A stretch of DNA of 64,000 bases from Acutalibacteraceae bacterium (GTDB lineage: Bacteria; Bacillota; Clostridia; Oscillospirales; Acutalibacteraceae): contig JAZOAO010000027.1 in NCBI GenBank assembly GCA_045595505.1, positions 84,717 to 148,716 on the forward strand, in the 5' to 3' direction. Made by a program: the position numbers and the translations under genes. The notes beneath the pieces are model-generated. The model was not told the DNA's origin and did not search any database. It saw only the letters and a list, made by a program, of their open reading frames with translations. This document shows positions 54,542 through 63,974 of this stretch, piece after piece. Position 1 is the stretch's first letter, and each line of letters opens with the position of its first letter.

Positions 54542-55648
54542 TTATTTTATAAATGCAAACAATTCTTCTGCTTTCTTAACTGAAGCTTCAATCGAAAAGC
54601 TTCTACCTCTTTCTATAGCTTTCCTTTCATATTTTTCTTTCAAACTGTTATCAGATAAAAGCTTTTTAATTCCTTCTGTTAACCCATTTGCATCACATTC
54701 TGTTAGTATTCCGTATTGAGAGTTTCCTAAAAGCTCCTCCATTCCGGTACAGTTAGTTGTAGCAATAGCTTTTCCTAATATGAGCCCTTCGGCAACAAAA
54801 GAAGAAAAACCTTCGTAATCTGATGAGCAAGCTAATACATCTGCGTTTTTAATATAGGGGTAGGGATTACTTTTAAATCCTGAAAGTGTAACTGTTTTTT
54901 GAACACCGGAGGCTTTAATAATTTGCTCCAAAGCTTCTCTTTCGTTGCCCTCGCCGATTATTAAAAGCTTATTAAAAAAGCCTTCGTCTAAAAGGGCTTT
55001 GTGAGCTTCAATCAATCGGTCAAATCTTTTTTGTTTAGAAAGTCTGCCTACAGAAACAATTGTGGGAATTTTTCCATCAAAAGAAAAATCCTCAATATTT
55101 TCATTAGCCTTTTCCTTAATGCTGTAATCATCTATAACATTGTAGATAACTTCAGTATCGAACTCGTTTCCGTATATACTTTTGAAGCTTTTTTCTACAT
55201 CACGGGAAACACATACAACTTTGTCATACTTTTTATACCAATTCACGCTTTTTTTCTTGAATTCGTTTATATTGGTGATTTTTTTAGATAAATCGCAATG
55301 AACCCAAGCGAATTTTTTTGCTTTTTTATTTGTTGAGGTTGAAAGAACCTTTGTAGCACCGCATTCAAGATAAGCAACCTCTATATCATAATTGTCCTTA
55401 ATATGCAGAGGGTAAATTGTTTTCAACAAAGCACTAAGCCTGTATTTATAATTATTTAGTTTTGAATAACAAGGATATATGTATTTATATTTGATATTAT
55501 TGTTTAAATATTTTTCAGGATTTTCCTTCCAAACAGTTTGAACTGTAATATCAAATTTTTCACGATCCATATTATTAACAAGGTTTTGAAGCACCTTTTC
55601 TGCTCCGCCACCGGATAAGGTTTCTACAAAAAACAAAATTTTAATCAT
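54542..55648 (-). CDS. Glycosyltransferase family 4
   Basis: N-terminal GGGAEKV and the EX7E block SSDYEGFSSFVAEGLILGKAIATT. Confidence 0.85.
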   Translation of the reverse strand: MIKILFFVETLSGGGAEKVLQNLVNNMDREKFDITVQTVWKENPEKYLNNNIKYKYIYPCYSKLNNYKYRLSALLKTIYPLHIKDNYDIEVAYLECGATKVLSTSTNKKAKKFAWVHCDLSKKITNINEFKKKSVNWYKKYDKVVCVSRDVEKSFKSIYGNEFDTEVIYNVIDDYSIKEKANENIEDFSFDGKIPTIVSVGRLSKQKRFDRLIEAHKALLDEGFFNKLLIIGEGNEREALEQIIKASGVQKTVTLSGFKSNPYPYIKNADVLACSSDYEGFSSFVAEGLILGKAIATTNCTGMEELLGNSQYGILTECDANGLTEGIKKLLSDNSLKEKYERKAIERGRSFSIEASVKKAEELFAFIK

Positions 55649-56745
55649 ACCAAATTCTCACAATAAAGGTTAGAAATCTTATTTACCATTTCTTCAGTGT
55701 CTAATCCTAAATTTCTGATTTTTTCTTCATATATATGTGGAGAACATCTTTTAGAATTACAGATAGCTTCAACCCATACATTCTTTGATTCTTTTAATGA
55801 TAATCTTCTTATCAAATCAGTTAATACTACATCTTGAGGAACACCGTCACTCATCACGCATGGCAATCCGTTAGTTTGCACTTCAATAACCGAAAGAGGC
55901 ATACCTTCGTACAACGAGGGGAACACAAAAGCATCCATTGCACTTAAATATTTATGCACATCCTTAACATTGCCGGTCATTATAATATTTTGAGATAAAT
56001 CGAGGTCAGTTATCTGTTTTTCAAGTTTTTGCCTGTCTTCACCTTCACCTAAAAGGAGAAGCTTAGTGTTTTTGTTTTTTTTTAGAATTTCAGGCATCAG
56101 GCTTATTAAAAAACTTTGGTTTTTCACATTTGCCAAATGTCCAACATGACCTATAACAAAGTTATTTGTGACGTCAAGCATCCTTCTTATTTCTTCACGG
56201 CTTGTTTCACTGTAAGCAAATTTTTTTGTATCTATACCATTAAGAACAGTGACACCTTTTTTATGGTATCGATTTTTACCGAAAAGAATTTCACCTGCTT
56301 TAACACCGCAACCGATATAATGTGTTGAAAAGCTTACAATTATCAGTTGCATAACTTTTTCATACAATTTTTGAACTTGATTTTTATCAAGTCGATCATC
56401 TACACTATGAGAATGCGAAATTCTTATGGGAACTCCGCATATTTTTGATATAAGCATCGCCCAACCTGAATTAAACATTGTATGAGCGTGAACAACTTGA
56501 TATCCATTGCTCTTAATCAAGATATAAAGTTCTTTTAAATAATTTATGTAGCTTGATGAGGGTAGGGGTAGATGATAAATATTACAGCCTTTTTCCTGCA
56601 ACTCTTTTTCATATTCGCCTATTTCATCACCAAAAACGACATAGTCTATTTTATAAAAATCAGAATTACTGTAATAGCCTATATCACGTGCTATTTTTTC
56701 AGCTCCTCCTATTTTTAAAGAAGCTGCAATTTCCAAAATTCTCAT
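55645..56745 (-). CDS. Glycosyltransferase family 4
   Basis: N-terminal IGGAEKIA and the EX7E block PSLYEGMPLSVIEVQTNGLPCVMSD. It has a 4-nt overlap with the next gene. Confidence 0.85.
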   Translation of the reverse strand: MRILEIAASLKIGGAEKIARDIGYYSNSDFYKIDYVVFGDEIGEYEKELQEKGCNIYHLPLPSSSYINYLKELYILIKSNGYQVVHAHTMFNSGWAMLISKICGVPIRISHSHSVDDRLDKNQVQKLYEKVMQLIIVSFSTHYIGCGVKAGEILFGKNRYHKKGVTVLNGIDTKKFAYSETSREEIRRMLDVTNNFVIGHVGHLANVKNQSFLISLMPEILKKNKNTKLLLLGEGEDRQKLEKQITDLDLSQNIIMTGNVKDVHKYLSAMDAFVFPSLYEGMPLSVIEVQTNGLPCVMSDGVPQDVVLTDLIRRLSLKESKNVWVEAICNSKRCSPHIYEEKIRNLGLDTEEMVNKISNLYCENLV

Positions 56746-56757
56746 AATAATTCCTAA

Positions 56758-57756
56758 TTATTTCAATTTATTAATTATTTCAAAAGCTATGTCTATTAAT
56801 CCAATAAGCTTTAATTCTATAGGAATTGCTATTATTTTACATTTAAAGCCTATAGGAGTAACTTTTTTGCTATTAAATAAGCTGCACATAGCTTTCAATT
56901 TTTTTCTTCGTTCCCGAAAACCTAAATTGCTTTTTGAAAGATCTTTTGCTACAGAATAAGCATTCCTGTAAAAAAGCCATGTCAAAGACTGATTTATAAG
57001 CCTGCTTTCTATCTTGCTTTTCTCCAAAGCATTAACCATATTATCGTAAACCCCAATTAATTGCTCTGAAAGATTTTCTCTGTATTTTCTGGAAAGTGAT
57101 TCTCCGTTGCCTATATCTGAAAAATATATTTTATCAGGAAATCTTTCAAATTTATCGGCGGAAAGCAAGAAAGAAAAAACAAAGGTTAAATCCTCACCTG
57201 TGCTTAGTTCCTCGCAAAAACTTAAATTTTTTTCATCTATGATTTTTCGTTTGAAAATCTTGGCACATGGCGAATTAATTGACCGTGTAACTATGCCCTC
57301 GCTGATAAAGTCTTCTTTCTCACTTGAAGTATTCACATAACATTCAGGGAATGTTCGCGTTTCTTTAACAAGACCATTTTCTACAATTGTAAAACCAAAC
57401 TGATAGAAATCTGCATTACTTTGTATATATCTATCAATAGTATCAAAGCATTTATTATCAACGTAGTCATCACTGTCAACAAACATAACAAATTCACCGT
57501 TTGCCACAGAAAGCCCTAAATTCCTTGCAGATGAAACACCACCATTTTTCTTACATATGTATATAAGGTTATTGTACTTCGTCTGCAAAGCCTTGCAAAT
57601 GCTCTCGGTTTCGTCCGTTGAGCCATCGTTGATAATAATAATCTCCACATCGGGTCTATTTTGTAATGTGATTGATTCTATACACCTTTTTATTGTTTTT
57701 TCTGAATTATAGACAGGAATAACTACTGAATATTTCATTTTATTCTTAACCTTCAA
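56758..57756 (-). CDS. Glycosyltransferase family 2
   Basis: YSVVIPVYNSEKTIKRCIESI ... INDGSTD ... FVDSDD. Confidence 0.9.
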   Translation of the reverse strand: MKVKNKMKYSVVIPVYNSEKTIKRCIESITLQNRPDVEIIIINDGSTDETESICKALQTKYNNLIYICKKNGGVSSARNLGLSVANGEFVMFVDSDDYVDNKCFDTIDRYIQSNADFYQFGFTIVENGLVKETRTFPECYVNTSSEKEDFISEGIVTRSINSPCAKIFKRKIIDEKNLSFCEELSTGEDLTFVFSFLLSADKFERFPDKIYFSDIGNGESLSRKYRENLSEQLIGVYDNMVNALEKSKIESRLINQSLTWLFYRNAYSVAKDLSKSNLGFRERRKKLKAMCSLFNSKKVTPIGFKCKIIAIPIELKLIGLIDIAFEIINKLK

Positions 57757-58876
57757 TGATACTTAATAATAAAGTTTTTACTGTATCTATATCAAACCTC
57801 TTACAAAGCTCAAGGTTGTTTTTTGAAAATGCTTCACATTTCTCAGGTGATTTATACAAATCTAAAAATGCTTTCGCAAATTCATCTGCAGTATTTTCTT
57901 GCAGCAAAACACCGCTATCTTTGGTTACAATATCCCTATGACCTCTGTTTTCAGAAGCAACAACTGGTAATCCCGACGCCAATTCTTCTATTATATTTAA
58001 CCCCAGACCTTCTCTGAGGCTAGCAGAAGCGCCTAAATTGCAAACAGATAAAATTCTATTTACATCGTGTCTATATCCCAAGAAATGAGTTCTGTCATCA
58101 ATATTCAATTCATTACACAAGTTTTTAAGATATTCTGCTTTTTCACCTTTGCCCATAAATAAGGCCTTTAAATTCGGGCATTCATTCTTAAGCAAGGCAA
58201 GAGCTTTGATAATAGTCTCTTGGTTTTTGTTATCGTTCAATTCACCGATAACTGCAATCACAAAATCATCATCAGACAACCCAAGCTCTTTACGGATTTC
58301 TATGCAATCCTCTTTTGATGATTTATAAAATTTTGAGGTGTTTACTCCTATACCGGGTATATATTGAATCGTTCCGTTTTTCTTTAATTTGAACTCTTTT
58401 GCAGCTTCAAAATCTTCTTTATTAATTGTTACAAGTGTATCTGTAAAATGTGAAGCAACACTTTCAATGGCTTTATATATTAAATTATTTAGCTTTGAGC
58501 CACCTTTATAAAAATGAAAGCCATGGGCAATATAGGTAACTGTTGTTCCTTTTTTATTTGCAAACGCTAATCGTGTTAAAAGTCCCATCACAGGCTCATT
58601 GGTTAAAACGATATCATAATGTTCTTTTTTTGCAATTTTTATTAACTGAAGGTAGCCCTTTAGATTCGATATTTTAAACGGGCTTCTGTTTAAAGCTACC
58701 GTTCCGATTGAGCTGTTTTCGATGCCACCGAAGAATTCAACCAATTCATTAACTCTTCCGCCAACCGGTGAGCAAACCAAATCAACATAATAACCCTTTT
58801 CGTGCCAAAACTTAATGTGTTCTGTAAAAAACTGAATCGCCATTAAATCTGTGCAGGTCAACAATATCTTCTTCAT
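57746..58876 (-). CDS. Glycosyltransferase family 4
   Basis: The EX7E block is ASLREGLGLNIIEELASGLPVVASENRG. Confidence 0.85.
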   Translation of the reverse strand: MKKILLTCTDLMAIQFFTEHIKFWHEKGYYVDLVCSPVGGRVNELVEFFGGIENSSIGTVALNRSPFKISNLKGYLQLIKIAKKEHYDIVLTNEPVMGLLTRLAFANKKGTTVTYIAHGFHFYKGGSKLNNLIYKAIESVASHFTDTLVTINKEDFEAAKEFKLKKNGTIQYIPGIGVNTSKFYKSSKEDCIEIRKELGLSDDDFVIAVIGELNDNKNQETIIKALALLKNECPNLKALFMGKGEKAEYLKNLCNELNIDDRTHFLGYRHDVNRILSVCNLGASASLREGLGLNIIEELASGLPVVASENRGHRDIVTKDSGVLLQENTADEFAKAFLDLYKSPEKCEAFSKNNLELCKRFDIDTVKTLLLSIIEG

Positions 58877-59794
58877 TTATTTCATCGCCTCAATTATTTT
58901 TTCAGCAATTTTCTTACCACTCATTCCATAAATATCACGAAGATATGCCTGATCGCCTACTACATCACAAAAAGTATCATCTATACCAATTCTTATTAGT
59001 CTGCTGTTCAGTCCGTTATCAGCCATAACCTCACTGACAGCACTACCAAAGCCACCCATAATATTGTTTTCTTCACAGGTTACAATTATTGTGTGTGACT
59101 CTGCACATTTTTTTATTGTTTCTTTATCTATAGGTTTAACTGTCGGGAAAGAATAAACCGATGGTGTTATACCGTTTTCTGCTAAAATATCCAATGCCTT
59201 ATCAATTTCTTCATATATTGCGCCGGTAGTTAATATGGCAACATATTTACCTTCCTTAACAGGTATAGCCTTGCCTATTTCGTAGTTTTCAAGGGTTTTG
59301 TGAATAGGCTTCTCTCCGCCCCTGCCCAGTCTTAAATAACAGGTTCCCGGGTATTTAGCAATAGCTTTCGTAACTGCTGCCGCTTCCATAGCATCACCGG
59401 GGCAAAAAACCGCAACATTGGGAATTGAACGCATTACAGAAATATCTTCTGTTGCATGGTGGCTCATACCGAGAGGACCATAAACAAAACCACCGCCAAC
59501 GCACACAATTTTAACATCAGCGTTGTGGTATGCGCAGTCATTTCGGATTTGCTCAAGACAGCGCAAGGTGGGGAAATTACCTATTGAATATATGAAAACT
59601 GTTTTACCTTCCAGAGCCATTCCCGCAGCAACGGATGTCATATTTTGCTCCGCTATACCTGCATTTGTAAATTGGTCGGGGAACTGCTCAAAAAATGGCT
59701 TTAATACACCGAAGCCCAAATCACCTGTAATAAGCTCAATATCCTTATTAGTTTCGCATATAGAACAAAGGGTTTTAACAAATGTATCGCGCAT
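58877..59794 (-). CDS. Transketolase, C-terminal (pyrimidine-binding) subunit
   Basis: GIAEQNMTSVAAGMALEGKTVFIYSIGNF... is typical of the split-transketolase B chain. Its start codon directly abuts the stop of the N-terminal subunit gene. Confidence 0.9.
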   Translation of the reverse strand: MRDTFVKTLCSICETNKDIELITGDLGFGVLKPFFEQFPDQFTNAGIAEQNMTSVAAGMALEGKTVFIYSIGNFPTLRCLEQIRNDCAYHNADVKIVCVGGGFVYGPLGMSHHATEDISVMRSIPNVAVFCPGDAMEAAAVTKAIAKYPGTCYLRLGRGGEKPIHKTLENYEIGKAIPVKEGKYVAILTTGAIYEEIDKALDILAENGITPSVYSFPTVKPIDKETIKKCAESHTIIVTCEENNIMGGFGSAVSEVMADNGLNSRLIRIGIDDTFCDVVGDQAYLRDIYGMSGKKIAEKIIEAMK

Positions 59795-60748
59795 TTAGTT
59801 TTCCTCCCTTTCGTTCATCCATGTTGGCTTCCAGGTAGCCGAGGTTGTATGGTCGTTATAAATATCATCATTCTCTGTTGCTATAGCAGGATTTTCTATA
59901 CCATCAGGAGTATATATATCCTCAACACCATCAGGTTTGTTTTTATGAAGCTCTGTCACAGCGGTATCATATTCCCAACCATCGTGAGGGAATCTGTAAT
60001 GCCATAAAATATCGTTCTCCATAAAAGAGATTCCGTATCCCTTGACTGTGTTTGCGATAATTACAGTTGGTTTTTTGTTTTGGAATGAATTTGAAAAAGC
60101 ATTTTTCAACTGTTGATGGTCATTACCGTTAATTTCAACAACATTCCAACCGAATGCCTTCCATTTATCTGTTAAAGATTCTATTGAAATTGTTTTTTCG
60201 CAAAAATCCATACTTTGCATTTTGTTGTGGTCAACGATTGCTACAATATTATCTAAATTATAGTGGTTAGCAAAAAGCATTGCTTCCCAAACAGAGCCTT
60301 CGTCACATTCCCCATCACCGAGAACAACATATACCTTTGAGGTATTATTATTCTTCTTTTTTAAAGCGTAAGCCATACCAACACCGGCTGATAAGCCATG
60401 ACCCAGTGAACCGGTGGAAAAATCAATTCCAGGAACATAATGGGAAACATGTCCGGAGAGTCTGCTTCTGTTTTGATAGTAAGTATCAAGCTCACTCTTA
60501 TCAAAAAAGCCTGTTTCAGCCAATGCGGCATATATAGATAACCCCGCATGACCTTTGCTTAATATAAAGCGATCACGACCATCCCACTTAGTGTTATTTA
60601 CGTCATAATTCAATACATTCGTGTACAATACAGCTATAATATCTGCAACAGATAAAACAGACCCAATATGAGAGCCACCGGATAAGTGAGTAAGCTCCAC
60701 CGCGTGTCTGCGAATTAGCCAGGCTAATTGTTCACTGTTATACTTCAC
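59795..60748 (-). CDS. Transketolase, N-terminal (ThDP/PP-binding) subunit
   Basis: SGGSHIGSVLSVADIIAVLY ... RDRFILSKGHA ... the ThDP motif VLGDGECDEGSVWEAMLFANHYNLDN. Confidence 0.9.
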   Translation of the reverse strand: MKYNSEQLAWLIRRHAVELTHLSGGSHIGSVLSVADIIAVLYTNVLNYDVNNTKWDGRDRFILSKGHAGLSIYAALAETGFFDKSELDTYYQNRSRLSGHVSHYVPGIDFSTGSLGHGLSAGVGMAYALKKKNNNTSKVYVVLGDGECDEGSVWEAMLFANHYNLDNIVAIVDHNKMQSMDFCEKTISIESLTDKWKAFGWNVVEINGNDHQQLKNAFSNSFQNKKPTVIIANTVKGYGISFMENDILWHYRFPHDGWEYDTAVTELHKNKPDGVEDIYTPDGIENPAIATENDDIYNDHTTSATWKPTWMNEREEN

Positions 60749-60791
60749 ATCATTTCACCACTCTAAACCCCAAATATTCTCGTGTGTTATA

Positions 60792-61721
60792 CTATATTCT
60801 CTCCAAGAACTCCAATTCGTCCTTTGAAAGTCTTAAATCCATAGCGGCCATAGTTCCCTCAATTTGGCTTGGGTTTTTAGCACCTGCCAACGCAATGGAA
60901 TCGGGTATGTGATCAAGAATAAATCTTACCGCTAAAGCTGGTAACGGAACCCCGAATTTTTCAGCCAAGGGTTTCATATTTTCAACAATTTCTATATTTT
61001 TTTTCAATTTTTCTCCATGAAAGTTCGTGTAAACATCTCTGCTGCGCCTGTCATTGACACCGAACCCGGAGTTGATGTTATATTTACCTGTTAAAACACC
61101 TTGTCCTAAGCTTCCCCATGTCATAGGTGTAAGCTGAAGGTCGTTGCAATTAACCAACAGGTCATTCTCGTTATCACGAGTAACAAGAGAATATTCGTTT
61201 TGACAAGAAGCAAATTTACCTGAAAACGGCTCTACTTCCTTAAACTCATCACCATGGATATTGGACAAACCGTAACAACGGATTTTCCCTTGCTCCTTGA
61301 ATCGCTCCAACACCTCCATAATTGCATCCAAAGGTGTTTTTTTATCTCGGTAATGAATTTGATATAAATCTATGTAATCTGTGGATAATCTTTTCAGACT
61401 GTCGTTTAAAGCTTTTTCAATATATTCCGGAGAGTTGTCATAGATGGTTTTACCCCTTTCGGTACGTACACCGAATTTCGTTGCGATAACTACCTTTTCT
61501 CTTCTTCCCTCAAGAGCCTTCGCAAGAGTCCTTTCAGATTGCCCTAAACCATAGGTATCAGCAGTGTCGAAGAAGTTAATGCCACCATCAATAGCACGAT
61601 GAACGGTTGCAATAACCGCATTTTCACTGACGTAACCCCAACCATAGCCACCCATGGGACACCCGCCCATACATAGCCTCGAAACAGAAATATCGGTATT
61701 TTTAAGCTTTATGTATTCCAT
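60792..61721 (-). CDS. Aldo/keto reductase
   Basis: FFDTADTYGLGQSE ... GKIRCYGLSN ... LAGAKNPSQIE are AKR family signatures. Confidence 0.9.
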   Translation of the reverse strand: MEYIKLKNTDISVSRLCMGGCPMGGYGWGYVSENAVIATVHRAIDGGINFFDTADTYGLGQSERTLAKALEGRREKVVIATKFGVRTERGKTIYDNSPEYIEKALNDSLKRLSTDYIDLYQIHYRDKKTPLDAIMEVLERFKEQGKIRCYGLSNIHGDEFKEVEPFSGKFASCQNEYSLVTRDNENDLLVNCNDLQLTPMTWGSLGQGVLTGKYNINSGFGVNDRRSRDVYTNFHGEKLKKNIEIVENMKPLAEKFGVPLPALAVRFILDHIPDSIALAGAKNPSQIEGTMAAMDLRLSKDELEFLERI

Positions 61722-62402
61722 TTAAGAATTCCTTTTGCTTTTAAAAAATCTTATAAATTTTTCTAACACACACCAAACAGTTTTAAATAAAATAATAAAA
61801 TCTGTTTTTAGTGAAACTTCCTCTGCATATTTAATCCTGAGCTGATTTTTTCTTTTTAAAACATATCTTTCATACATTTCATCGGCATTCTCGCCACCAA
61901 CTATTTCATCAAGGTTTATAAATTCTAAGGAGCTATAATCGGTAATTCCGGGTCGCACATTAAGAATTACACTCTCCTCTTCTGTATATTGCTCGGTATA
62001 TTGAAGCAATTCAGGTCGAGGACCAACGAAACTCATTGTTCCGGTTAACACGTTAAATATTTGAACGATTTCATCTGCTTTAACCTTGCGTAAAATTGAA
62101 CCAACCCTTGTAATACGAGGGTCGTTAAGAGCTGTTGTGCCTCCACCGATTTTATCAGCACCCTTAACCATAGTGCGATATTTTATAATTTTAAATGGTT
62201 TGCCTTTATACCCGCATCTTAAAGGGGTGTAGAAAATCGGGAAGCCACTATCAATAAGAACCGCCAAAGAAAAAAGCAAAATTATAGGTAATAACACAAT
62301 AATTGCAACGAGGGCAATTGTGAAATCCAGGCACCTTTTAAATATTTTGTTATAAACACCTTCGTAGCCGAGTTTAGAATTATTTTTTACTTTTGTTTCC
62401 AT
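61722..62402 (-). CDS. Bacterial sugar transferase (undecaprenyl-phosphate hexose-1-phosphate transferase, EpsL/WbaP C-domain type)
   Basis: KRCLDFTIALVAIIVLLPIILLFSLAVLIDSGFPIFYTPLRCGYKGKPFKIIKYRTM ... LPQ-like IFNVLTGTMSFVGPRPE. ATG 62402 (METKV) is preferred over TTG 62414. Confidence 0.9.
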   Translation of the reverse strand: METKVKNNSKLGYEGVYNKIFKRCLDFTIALVAIIVLLPIILLFSLAVLIDSGFPIFYTPLRCGYKGKPFKIIKYRTMVKGADKIGGGTTALNDPRITRVGSILRKVKADEIVQIFNVLTGTMSFVGPRPELLQYTEQYTEEESVILNVRPGITDYSSLEFINLDEIVGGENADEMYERYVLKRKNQLRIKYAEEVSLKTDFIILFKTVWCVLEKFIRFFKSKRNS

Positions 62403-62450
62403 AACGTACCCCAATAATTCCGTTGTTTTTAATGCAGTGTTTTCTGTCGC

Positions 62451-63974
62451 TCAATTCACTGAATCGTCATATTCATCATCAAAACGGAAACCATAACCAT
62501 CTCCGTCTCCATCGGAATAACCATATTTACTGTATTTTGCGTACTTACCGTATTTACCGTACTTGCCATAGCCCTTATAATAGCCGTATTTATTGTAAGC
62601 CTTGTAATAGCCGTAGCCCGTAACACTTGTTTGAGCACCGTTTAAAATGCAACCTAAAATTTCGGAATCGGTTGACATTAACGAGTCCAAGCCGCCCTTG
62701 ATTTTAGAAATTCTTGCAGTGTCCTGTAAAATCACATACAAAACGCCATCTGAAGCCTGGGCTACAAACATGGCATCTGAAACGACGCTACAAGGAGGGG
62801 TATCAACTAAAACCAAGTCATAATCCGCCTTAACTAATGAGAAAATATCAGTCAAATTACCGCTGTTAACAATTTCATTTGTATTGTCAGTGGCAACAAG
62901 TGTCATAACATAAACATTATGTTCCTCCAAATAGGCGATTTTGTATTTATCTGTAACAGTTGAATACTGTAGCTCATCTTCATTAACACCGAGTGTTTTC
63001 AACACACTTGGGTTTTTTAGATCACAGTCAACAAGAAGAACCTTTTTGCCGATTGCTGCAAATGATATTGCTAAGTTTGCACAAACAGTGGTTTTGCCTT
63101 CCTTTGCAACGGTGCTTGTAACCGCAATAATTTTTTTATCTTCCTTCAGGGTATTTTTAACAACACTTCTGATTGACCTTATACTGTCAGGAAATCTGCA
63201 GTCGGTTAGTTTACTGTTTATGAGCAGTGGTTCCTTTTCTTTTATTGAGTTTTTCTTAAGAATAACGTATGGGATAACGCCTAAGCATTTAATATTAAGA
63301 TTGGCTCTGATATCCTTTTTGGTGCGAATTGTAGTTCTTAAAGCAGCATAGCAGAGCAAAAAGATAAGACCTATGAGCAAGCCGTAGGTAACGCCTTTAA
63401 ACACTTCGTTAAAATAGGTAGGCTTATTATACGGTTCTGTGGGCAAAACGGGACTTGTGATAATATTAAATTTAATATTACCAACAACATATTTTGCAAT
63501 ATCGGGATAATTCTCCATTGTGCTTATAAGCGCATCATAAGTTAACTGTGGATCATAGCCTGCAGAACCTAAAGTAAACATAGTTGAACCCGGAACGGAT
63601 GATGCCGTCAGGCTGACGGGGAGATAAGACAAATTCAAATCATTTGCTACAGCCTCTTGTAACAAGTTACTGCTTAAAATGTACGGAAATGTTGAAGAAA
63701 GATGGGAGGCTGTTGAAGCGTCATAATAGAAATTATATGCGGAAATTCCGTTTATGGAGGAAACCTTGTCCTGCGTGCTTACTGTAAAAGTAACCTCAGC
63801 CTTATACATTGGTGTATAGCTTCTGTGGCACCTGAATACACTAAAAGCACAGCATAACACGCATACAATTGCAATAACCCACCAGAACTTTTTAAAACCG
63901 CGACAAAAGTCACTGAAGTAAAAGGAGACGTTATCTTCCTTGCTAAATTGTAATCCCTTATTGTTCATACTCAT
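62451..63974 (-). CDS. Fused Wzz-type chain-length-determinant / BY-kinase (polysaccharide co-polymerase tyrosine autokinase) with long Tyr-rich tail
   Basis: Two TM helices flank an extracytoplasmic Wzz-like region. The kinase domain has Walker A TSTVAKEGKTT and Walker A'/B LVLVDTPP. The C-terminal tail is GYGYYKAYNKYGYYKGYGKYGKYGKYAKYSKYGYSDGDGDGYGF. Confidence 0.85.
   Translation of the reverse strand: MSMNNKGLQFSKEDNVSFYFSDFCRGFKKFWWVIAIVCVLCCAFSVFRCHRSYTPMYKAEVTFTVSTQDKVSSINGISAYNFYYDASTASHLSSTFPYILSSNLLQEAVANDLNLSYLPVSLTASSVPGSTMFTLGSAGYDPQLTYDALISTMENYPDIAKYVVGNIKFNIITSPVLPTEPYNKPTYFNEVFKGVTYGLLIGLIFLLCYAALRTTIRTKKDIRANLNIKCLGVIPYVILKKNSIKEKEPLLINSKLTDCRFPDSIRSIRSVVKNTLKEDKKIIAVTSTVAKEGKTTVCANLAISFAAIGKKVLLVDCDLKNPSVLKTLGVNEDELQYSTVTDKYKIAYLEEHNVYVMTLVATDNTNEIVNSGNLTDIFSLVKADYDLVLVDTPPCSVVSDAMFVAQASDGVLYVILQDTARISKIKGGLDSLMSTDSEILGCILNGAQTSVTGYGYYKAYNKYGYYKGYGKYGKYGKYAKYSKYGYSDGDGDGYGFRFDDEYDDSVN

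Noticed and set aside
62423-62638. 66-aa (+) His/Asn/Arg-rich ORF and 60-aa (-) ORF at the end of the BY-kinase gene
   Set aside because: They are artefacts of the repetitive AAR-TAY-GGN coding repeat of the tyrosine tail. The kinase frame continues uninterrupted to its stop at 62451.
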